From NCBI GenBank assembly GCA_051362555.1, contig CM120649.1:19854567-19918566 (forward strand): a stretch of DNA of 64,000 bases, given 5' to 3'. The position numbers were made by a program, and so were the translations under genes. Below, piece after piece: positions 41,225 to 64,000 of this stretch; position 1 is the stretch's first letter; every line of letters starts with the position of its first letter. Below the pieces are notes generated by a model, which had not been told where the DNA came from, did no database searches, and saw nothing but the letters and a program-made list of their open reading frames with translations. Origin of the DNA: Lingula anatina (Eukaryota; Animalia; Brachiopoda).

Positions 41225-44200
41225 ATGAATCCTTTAAGGTAAATATTAAGAGACTTGATGGTAGCGATGGTGTCATTAAAACCTCTAATTTATCCTTAGT
41301 GTATCGGCACATTTACTGAATCGTATTGAAGACTTGCATTCCTCTTCATTGCATTCAATATCTGTATCTTTTCGCCTCTCTCTCTCTCTCTCTGCCCCCC
41401 CCTCCCCTCCCCCGTCGCAATTCTTCATTAAGCCTGCAGATTTTAATCTCACTTTCGTTATATATAAAAGAAGGCCTGCTTAGTATACTCTTCTATTTTA
41501 GATCTTAAAAATTGGGTTGAAAACATACACTGTGTGTAAAGTACTGAGTAATGGCAAAACATCCGTTTTATCCCATTATATTCAGATCTACTGTAGGTTG
41601 TCTGACTGCATATGGATAATCATATAAATGTACTCTCCAAACTTCGAGGTATACTGAAACAATTTGGACGTTTTTAAGTAAATATATCAATAATCCAATC
41701 TAGCTTGGGGGAAAACTGGCTATCCCTGTGACCAGTACACTTAGGTGTAAAGTGTAACGTACATGCCTTAGTGATGTTTCAAGTATTAAAGAATTGTATA
41801 AAACTTCCCTTTCTCTGTTTAGCAACAATGATCATTTCTCTGTTTAGCAATGTGGAGGGGACTAAGAAGATCAACCAGAGAGAACTGGAGCTGGGTCTGG
41901 TGGGAACTAAGAACTCCTGGCACAGCAAGTATAAAGACAGTGCCTGGGTCTTCATAGGAGGACTACCTTATGATCTGACGGAAGGAGACGTAATTTGTGT
42001 GTTTTCCCAGTGAGTGTTTTACCTTCATATCAACCACTCTACTACTGCTTTGGCCTGAATAACACAAGTGTTTTTTTTTTTTTGGCCTGACCTACCTTCA
42101 AGTGCAGTCCTATCCATAATTGTTGTTATAGGCAGCATTTTAGATATAAAGCTATTTTTTTTTTTTGGACTGTTTTAACATTTTTATATTGTAAGTAATT
42201 TGCTATATTATTTAAGGCCAAAAGCTTTTTCAGTGGAGTATAAAATTGATTCCAATGTATAAACACTGGTTTATAGTGTGATTAACTACCACATAAAGAA
42301 GAAGGTCATTTATAAAATAATACTTTTTTTCAGTTCTTTAATTGAGAAACCTTTGTATGTTTAAACCTTGTCTTATTTGAAGCACAAATCATGTAAAATT
42401 TTCACTACCTCCACCGCGCCTATTGAGAATAATACAAATAACAATGAAGCAATTTTTTTGCTTTTGGAAGAAAATTTTTATCACAGATATACTGCATGAT
42501 AAGCTAGGAATTGATTAAATGGCTGTATGATCTTTTTTAAGCATAAACTTGACATATGCCTTTCAGGTATTCTTCAGATTCAGTTGCATGATTCACCCAT
42601 GTGATAAAACTGAAAGGCAGCAGAATCTGAAGTTCACCTTAGTTTATAAGTTAATCTCAGGGTTTTTTACTCCAAAGAGAAACTTACTTGATGAACTGAC
42701 AGTTAAATACTAGTACAGAAGTATTCATAGTTTTACCACCAGTTATGAATTCATGGTTTCAGGTACGGGGAGGTGGTAAACATCAACATGGTCAGGGACA
42801 AAGGGACGGGGAAATCCAAAGGTTTCTGCTTTTTATGTTATGAAGATCAGCGCAGCACTATACTGGCTGTAGACAATCTGAACGGAGCTAAGGTACGGAA
42901 CAAATAGGAACAGGCCTTCAACCTACCAGCGACCATGGTCACAGATAATTGTGTGCACTTTTCTCTAACAGTGCAGAAAAGTACCATCATTTATCTAGAT
43001 ATGTATCAGATCTATGAATATGTAGTGATAAATCAATCTTTGGCCTTGGAAGAGGGTACTTACAGCCAACAATTTCAAAACAGGGTCCTTTTCTAGAGAA
43101 GTTTTCCTTTATACCCCCCCCCCCACCCCCGACTTGATCCAGCTTCAGAAATTGCATGGATTCTAAATCAAATTTTGTTTTGGAGTAGATATTTTCTGGT
43201 TGTTAGTGCAGTTCTTGCTAATGGACCCCTACCTGCAGATGAATGGTTTTAAAACTTTTTATTTAATCACCTGAGTATTGCCTGCAGGTCTCTCGTTCAG
43301 ATGTATACTTTGCTATTATCATTTTTACACATTTTTATGCATTTTCCTGCTGGTGATCTGCATAAAGACAAAAAGTCTTTCCAAAAGAAAAAAAACACCA
43401 AACTTCTAACTGATGTGTCAGTAAGAATTGGTATTAGTAATGCCAAAAGTAACAGGTAGATTTTGTCTTTTTATTCACTCAATTAGTTTATGTATTTGTT
43501 TGTTTGTTTACCTATTCACCACAGCTACTGGGGAGAACGTTGCGGGTGGATCACGTACTGAATTACAAACCACCAAAAGAAGACGAAGATATTGATGATG
43601 TTACAAAGGCGCTACGTGAGGAAGGTTGTGCTCCAAAAGTTCAAAGTTCTAGTGAAGAAGAAGAGGGGGAACTACAGGTGACAGTGAAAAGGAAAAAAGG
43701 TGATGTAGTTAGCCACCAACAGTGGTGTATTTGTTTATGTTCGTTCTCATATGATAATGCTGGGATAGTGCTAACACTCGCCAATTTAGCCAAATGCTAA
43801 AATTAACTTAAATTGGCTAAAGAAAAAAACGCTTGATTTGGCTAATTTTAGTCAAATTATAACAATTTGGATAACAAATTGACAAAAAAGTGGTGATTTG
43901 GCTAAGCGAAAAAAATTGCTGGCGCTACCCCAGTAATGGGAATTAATTCTACTTAACCTAGCGAAAGGTTTCAAGTTGAGACTGCAATATCACTCAGTTG
44001 CTTAATGTTAGTTCCAGTTTCAGAGTTATTCATATTTGTCATTCTTATTCTACTGGCTGACTAACAACATTCACCCATTTACTATCTCATATCTTATTAA
44101 ATCATTGTGGTTTGTGTACTTGTCATCTTTTGTATATTTGGTTGTATACTTTTTTCATTTTTTAAAATATAGTGTCAAGTTCTCGTGGTATGTAAATTTG

Positions 44201-45058
44201 GATTATTTGTGTCCTCAGAGTGAAGTCTGTTGGGTTTTTATGAGTTTTTAAGGCGATTTGATTAACAGTTGTCAAAGAAATGGAAAGATTGTTCCAGTTG
44301 TGGCATCATTTACTCATAGGTAGTGACTTAAAAACAACCTTGTACTTTTTGCAGATGATTCAGAAAAGAAGAAGAAAAAGAAAAAAGAAAAGAAGAAGAA
44401 GAAAGAGAAGAAGGCAAAGAAAATGAAGACTTCTGACTCTGAGTCTGTCAGCTCCTCGGAAAAAGATGATTCAGACAAGCAAATTAAAAGACCAATCAAA
44501 ATCAAGGAAGAGAAAATCGATTTGGGTTACGCTAAATATGCCAGTCAACACAAAGTGGAGCAAGAGGGACGCGATGCACAGAGAGCTATAAAGCGAGAGG
44601 CAGAGGGAAAATGGACGAATCATAATAGCAGCTCTAAGAGGGCTAGGTCAGGTGAAGACATGGCTAGAGACAGCCAAAGAGACGCACGTATCAGTAATGG
44701 CAGATCAGATAGGTATAGAGATGTTCAAGATAGGAAAGTTGACAGGGACCATTATAGTGCTGAGAGGAAGAGTCATAGAGGCCGAGACCACGGCACTCGG
44801 AGATCTAGTTCTAGAGACAGGGATTACCCACGTGACAGGACGTCGGGGTATCATCCAAGAAGATCCAGTTCCAGGGAAAGAGGCAATTCACGAGATCGTA
44901 ATGAACGCAAAAGAGACAAAGAGTCTCAGTACAGAAAAAGAAAGTCTCGGTCTCGAGATAGGAGCGTGTCCCGTGAACGTTATGATAGAGCCAAACACTC
45001 TAAAGATAATAGGGATAAAGAACGGGATAGGTCACGTGACCGTGATAGCAGACGATAG
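41225..45058 (+). CDS. RBMX2: RNA-binding motif protein X-linked 2 (Snu17/Ist3, RES complex); RRM plus Lys-rich and RS/RD-rich tail
   Basis: Exons 41225-41238, 41848-42009, 42763-42891, 43524-43699, 44355-45058. MNPLSNVEG...[73 protein letters not shown]...GRTLRVDHV. Confidence 0.95.
43760..43933. mobile_element. MITE-like element in the RBMX2 last intron
   Basis: ctgggatagtgcta...ttagccaaa versus tttggctaa...tggcgctaccccag (imperfect inverted termini). Confidence 0.55.
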
Positions 45059-45599
45059 ATCTAAGGAACTGCGCACGGTTTTTAGACAGACACAATATAT
45101 TTGTCATGTAATTAATAAAGAAGTGTTTTGAAAACTATAATTATTTTCTTCGAGCAAAATAAATATAAAACAAAGCATTCACGCTTGGTCTTGTTAGGGA
45201 ATCCTGATTTAACAGACGAGGGAACATAAGTTGAATAATTTACGTGTGCTGTAACACGCAATACAATTTCTTTAATTTGAGAGACCTGGCATCAAAAGTT
45301 ATCTGAAGTGCTGTATAGAACTATAATTAAAATTCTTTTCACTACCAAGGTAACTTATCCCTGTCTGAAGTCATTCATGTAAAAAAAACGTTGGATGTCG
45401 TTAAATGCGTCTTTTGGTGAAGTTATTTCTCTTGTTTATTTTTCTCTGTTGGATAAAACAAAAGTTTCATTGTACAGAAAGGCCGTGGAAGCTTCAAAAG
45501 ATTTTTTTCTTTTTTTAATGAGAAATTTATCCTTCAGCGTATCGCCCTAGACCGTGAACAACTATCATTCCCGACTGCCGCCCTGCATCTGAACTGTGT

Positions 45600-45747
45600 G
45601 TGGCGTATAGGACCCCCGAGTCCCCTTTCGATTTCTGAAAAAAATATCACCCTAATGGGATCCCCTCTTGAAATTAGAACTTCACAGGGGGGGGGGGGGG
45701 GGTACGCATCCGCGGCCCCCCTTCAAATAATCCTGAATCCGCCCCTG
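45600..45747. mobile_element. Insertion present only downstream of FReD copy 1; repeat remnant ending in ...cctgaatccgcccctg
   Basis: Flanks (ccctgcatctg...| ...tacgta) are near-contiguous in the paralogous region ~52370-52395. Confidence 0.5.
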
Positions 45748-46271
45748 TTACGTATGTTTCATATGTTTATGTAAATCCCCAAATGCACCGTTTTCCCAAT
45801 TTTTGGTCCATAACATACTAACTACTAATAACAAACTCCCTGAGCACATTAAACTGGTTTATTTGATTGCTTCACTGGAGTTCCACAAGTCTTAAGAAAG
45901 TTCTATCGCTGCAACAGATGTTATGTGAGCACTGTCAGTTTGATGAAGTGAAATAAGGGCAGTCGTTTTAAGTGATTTCGTTGAAAAATATTCTCTCAAA
46001 ACATTGCAGTACAAACACTTAACTTGATCATCGCGTTACATATTTCGAAAATATTGTAGAATCGCTTGTCATATGTCCTTTGGTTTTATTCAATTCACAT
46101 AAGTATGAACTTTATTTCGAACGCAAAAAAAAAAAGTATTCAATTTCGGTTTAGATGTGGCTTTGGAACGTTAAAATTATAGGTTCATAAATTAGCATTA
46201 CAATAATATGTCATCTTCCCTTTTCATTGGCAGGGATTGAAATAAGATATTGCCAAGGAAGAGACTGAAAT

Positions 46272-50787
<4,516 letters not shown>

Positions 50788-50947
50788 TTTGTAGATCTAC
50801 TAAAAAGCAACAAAATTTACATCTAAAGAAACCCGTCGACACACGGAAAATAACTCAAACTTATAAGCGTGGCTTTGACTTAGCCATTTCAGTATTGTGT
50901 AACGATGTAATTTTTTATCAATATAGCTTACTTAACCCTGCCACGGG

Positions 50948-50948
<1 letters not shown>

Positions 50949-50997
<49 letters not shown>

Positions 50998-51014
50998 TAA
51001 TAATAATATTAATA
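50949..51014. repeat. (AAT)n microsatellite
   Basis: Direct observation. Confidence 0.95.
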
Positions 51015-51556
51015 ATCACTTCTAGCACATTCCATTTCCTTACATTTCAATGCAATTTACAACCATAAAAAAAGCGAATTTATATGCACGAACTATATGT
51101 GCCTTTGACATCTTTTCCTACCACGAAAGCAATTTCTACACTTGTTGATTTTTAAAGAAATTTAACCTACACTCAATAACTCCGTATCCTTTTACTCGTT
51201 TGATTCCTCTTTAATTATTACCTGCAATTAGTGTGAGCCATTAACGTTACAAAACTTACATTAATACATACATACGCACGTACACACACGCTTGCTTACC
51301 TTTGTAGTCAAAAACTAAACTAATATAACAGTCAGGGCAGCGTGGCAATGTGAGTCTGAACAGGATCTGGACAACTTTTTACACTAGTGCCACAGGAAAA
51401 AAACACCAGTAATGCAAATATTTGTAACTTTATTCATATTGTATCCTGTTTGGTTAGTCTCCAAAAGAAAGATCTGGTAGCTGGCAGTTAGCCCGAAAGT
51501 TCTGGAGAAGGTCCGCTTTCTCAGCTAGGTCAGGTGCTCTGCATTTATACCCCATT

Positions 51557-51796
51557 CCCATACCTAGATCGAACTAACGGGATCGTTCCACCTTCGAGGG
51601 GATTCTCCCTAAATTGCCTTCAGCTTAAACGGCTCTGATGTCTGGCACGCCTACTGAAGCTGTTAGGGGATGATTAACTATATAGCTAAGCAGCTTCAGT
51701 GGGCGTGCCAGACATCTAAACCGTTTAAGATGAGTGCAATTTAGTAAGAATCCCCTCGGAGATGGACCGATCAAGCTAGATCGATCTAGGTATGGG
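51557..51796. mobile_element. 240-bp fold-back palindrome (MITE-like)
   Basis: cccatacctagatcga...gatgtctggcacgcctactgaagctg [~28-nt loop] cagcttcagtgggcgtgccagacatc...tcgatctaggtatggg. Confidence 0.85.
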
Positions 51797-52928
51797 TCTT
51801 ATCGTTAACTGACGAAGTCTATTACAAACAATGCCTGACACCGAGCCTGAACTGGATCTAGACAACTTTTTACACTTGTATACTAAATATACATTTTGTA
51901 TCCTGTTTGGTTAGTCTCCAAAAAGGAACCGGTCGCTGTCTGGGTGTCATCTGATACTGTAGCCATGGAAACAACCGATTGGTTGTGAAATGATAAGCCA
52001 TAACTGGGTCTCTCCACAAAAAATAACCTTCTGATTAATGGCAGATATGCATATAGTCTATAAAATAAATCCTGGTTTCAATACTTATGTCAAGTGCTAT
52101 ACAGAAAAGTAACTGATATTCTTCTCACTTCTGAGTTAATTTTTTTTCCTATCTAAGGTCATTCATATGAAAAAAGTCAATGTGTTGGACGCGCTTTGGC
52201 CTACTTTGTGTGATTATATCTCTCGGTTACTTATTTTTCTCTAGTCGGACGAAACAAAAGTTCGATTGTACAGAAACCACGTTGGTGCTGCGGAAGTATT
52301 CTTTCTATTTTTAATGCGAAATTTATCCTTCAACAAAACGCAATGAACAACTATTATTCCCGACTGCCACCCTGCATCTGTGCTGTTTACGTATTTCAAT
52401 CATGTTATGTAAACATATTTAAAATGCATCATTTACCCCAATTTTTTGTCTTTAACATACTTAATAACAAACCCCCTGAGCACATTGAACTTGTTTATTT
52501 GACTGCTTGAATGGGTTCCACAAGTTTGAAGAAAGTTCTATCGTTGGAACAGATTTGATGCGAGCACTGACAGTTTGAAGCGAAAGTTTGAAAACTGTCA
52601 GTTTGATGCAGTGAAATAAGGACACTCCTTTTAAATTATTTCGTTGAAAATATTCTCTCAAAACATTGCTGTACAAACACTTAATTTGATCATCGCGTTA
52701 AAAATTTCGAAAATATTGTAGAATCGCTTGTCATATGTCCTTTGATTTTATTTAATTCGTATGGACTTTATTTGAACGCAAAAAGAAGTATTCAGTTTCA
52801 GACTAGATGTGATGTTGGAACGTTAAAAATGAAAGGTTTAACAATACTATAAAATTCCATATCCACTTTAAATACGTTTTCATTGGCAGGTATTGAAATG
52901 AGGTATCGACAGTGTCAGAAGCTGAAAT

Positions 52929-61524
<8,596 letters not shown>

Positions 61525-62579
61525 TTTGTCAAAAACGACAAAAAAACTTAGAAAACGACAAAACGCACAGCTTTGGAAATCCTTCGACGTTCTCCGTATC
61601 AAAGACTTTAAGGCGCGTATTTCTTCTTGTCAATTGAGTTTTGAGGCTTTTTAATCAGCGGGTAATAAGATATCATTCTGTTTGTACTGAATATCAGTTA
61701 GATATTTGCACAATATTATGTATTTATATTAGCATCAGCACATCCAGGGTTTTGTTTGCTGAGCAGTAGACGGAAGAAACGATTTTTGTTTTATCATTTA
61801 GTTCAGGAATCTACCCTCTCCCAGAGCCGCAGATTAATAACCTTTACGCGCACTTTTCTCTAACGTGAGTGCACTGTAGGAAAGTGCCGTGAATTAGCCA
61901 GTGACGTATCTGTGAATATCTGGTGAAAAATGAATCTGTGGCCCTGATAGAGGACACCAATAATCCAACATCAGAAGGCTTGGGAACGCTAGTCAGTGAT
62001 ATCAAAAGAGTGTCCCTGTAGCTCGGTTATCTATGTGAACTACAGACTAGGACACAGGTCACTCTATCTAGCCCTGCGGTGTGGTGAAAGCATCTGTTCT
62101 TCGTTTAACAAGTCTATATATGTTTGTGAATCTTACTTTACTTATCTGTGGTGATATTCGCAAGAAATAATATTTAAACTATAACTGTTTGAATGATAGA
62201 TACTGTAGGAGAAAATAAGTGGTACATTGTTCAATAATTTGGATGTATAAAACTTGAAACTATCGTGCCTCTGTAATACATGTACTTTGATACAAAATTG
62301 GAGCAAATATTTTAGGTATCGTTGGTGTTGCCTTAATATAATATAATATAATATAATATAATATAATATAATATAATATAATACGGGAAAACCAGATGGC
62401 TGTGATAATTCCACTAGTACATTACAACAAAATACCCTGTTTTTTCAAGAAAAAAAAGAGAGCAATGTTTTCATTCCGCCATAGTTCAGCATGGGAGACA
62501 GCAGAATATATAGTTTTCACATCTCTTATTGGCTTTTCACATATGACTTAGATTTGGTCTTCTCTTGTGATTTTTTTTC

Positions 62580-62620
<41 letters not shown>

Positions 62621-62824
62621 TTCCCCGTATTTACTAAGTTTTGAGAAATATTTCACGTTTAATTTTGAATTTTCTTGACAAGGACCCAGTGCGACTAGTG
62701 TCACAGCTATGCAAACGCACCAATTGCTGAGTTTTTTTTCAGGGACCTTAATGGGTCAGATGAGGACACAGGTCTGTAGTCCACGAGGAGGTGTGGACAC
62801 GGTCACGTGTTTCCTCCGACATTA

Positions 62825-62880
62825 AGTGGACCAAGAAGTTATGAAGAGAAGGCCTTCTCTTTATAATTTCTTGAGTGGAC
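62825..62880. mobile_element. 42-bp palindrome flanked by a 7-bp direct repeat (micro-MITE or transposon footprint)
   Basis: agtggac|caagaagttatgaagagaagg-ccttctctttataatttcttg|agtggac. Confidence 0.65.
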
Positions 62881-64000
62881 ACAGCAAACGCGCTGGTTGC
62901 ACAATAATCAGGATTTATTCGAACCTTAAAGCCGTATATATATAGGCCCTATTTTTTTTTTCGCAGGGATTTGTGCTTTTATTCATTCCCTCGACTCATT
63001 TATTGATTTAAAGCCTGAGCGTATTATTCGTTTCGGATATGGGTTCATAGAAGTTGTGCATTCATTTGCAAGTGCTACATGTAATAGTACATGTAATATG
63101 TACGTTTTTATCGTTAGAAATCAACACATTATCTTATTACAAACATACGGGAAGGACACACTACATAACTAGGTATTAATGTTATGCTCAATGACCTAGA
63201 AACAAGACCCGTGCGTTCTTGTCCTCGCATTCCCCGGGGGTCAGTTTTACAGAACTTACTCGGACGCTGGTCTTCACTTTAAGACCCAACTGCTTGATTT
63301 CCTTCATTCCACTGTGCTACAGAAGATTATCTGTGCCAAACATGGAGTAGTTCAGTTTACGTAAGATATCAGTTCACGCGGAACAACACAGGTTCATCTG
63401 GGATTACACACCTATTCCGTGATTATTCCTTAGTGTGTTTTTTTTAACTTTATGGCGTTTGTGTTTGTCAGTGTGGTTTAAATTTTCTATTGATCTTAAC
63501 AACGCGTTCTTTTCCCACCCACCCACATAACCCACATAACCCACAGCGACATCACCATTTGAAGTAATATGTCACGGCAATAACCACTGTCTGTAAACAC
63601 AATCAAGTCACATTTTTTTCGAGAAGTATCGCTTTAACTTCTGCCTACAAACACTGTGGCTCATAAGGTTTGGGGGAGGGGGTCGAGGAAACACTAACTT
63701 CACTTCGTGAATATAAACCTGTAGACGAGGGCATCTTCAAATTAGTACGTGGGAAGATGACTTGATGTGATCTCGTTTTGCTGGCTCTAGTTTTCTTAGG
63801 TTGGGTGGTAGAAGAAAAACGGGACACCCCATGGGGGGGGGGTGTACGTGCCTTCTGTCTCTCCCTTCCCCCTGCCTCCCCCCCCCCCTCCTCGTGGCTT
63901 CACCCCGGCACATCTGCCACCGGCTAGGGGCTTGGCAGCATTCGTCCGTGAAGGGGTTCATCATTCTGATGATTAAAATATGTCCCCAGAATGATTTTAT

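Noticed and set aside
44652-45131. 159-aa overlapping ORF in the RBMX2 last exon
   Set aside because: Shifted frame of a low-complexity RS/RD-rich exon; no recognisable domain.
63645-63964. Short ORFs and GC-rich stretch at the window end
   Set aside because: No recognisable domain or splice structure; probably a repeat fragment that I cannot classify.

Overview
Intron-rich, AT-rich animal genomic DNA; an invertebrate, probably a mollusc or other lophotrochozoan (inferred from gene and repeat content). It holds five protein-coding genes. (1) The 3' part (53 exons read) of axonemal dynein heavy chain DNAH2, + strand, ending at 28346. (2) A convergent ERICH6/FAM194-family gene, - strand, with a clear U12-type intron. 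(3) RBMX2 (Snu17/Ist3), + strand, head-to-head with ERICH6. (4,5) Two tandem, secreted fibrinogen-related (FReD) paralogues on the - strand, each with signal peptide, coiled coil and FBG domain. The most unusual signal is a window-wide habit of tandem duplication straddling splice junctions (more than a dozen sites). The extreme case is a ~5.9 kb, 44-bp satellite (~130 copies, with higher-order structure) built from the last codons and 5' splice site of an FBG exon. Other highlights: a candidate 9-nt microexon in DNAH2, a truncated Penelope-like retroelement with two inverted hammerhead-ribozyme-like motifs, divergence of the two FReDs concentrated in the ligand-binding exon, and several MITE-like palindromes. 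Coordinates were read by eye and may be off by 1-2 nt.
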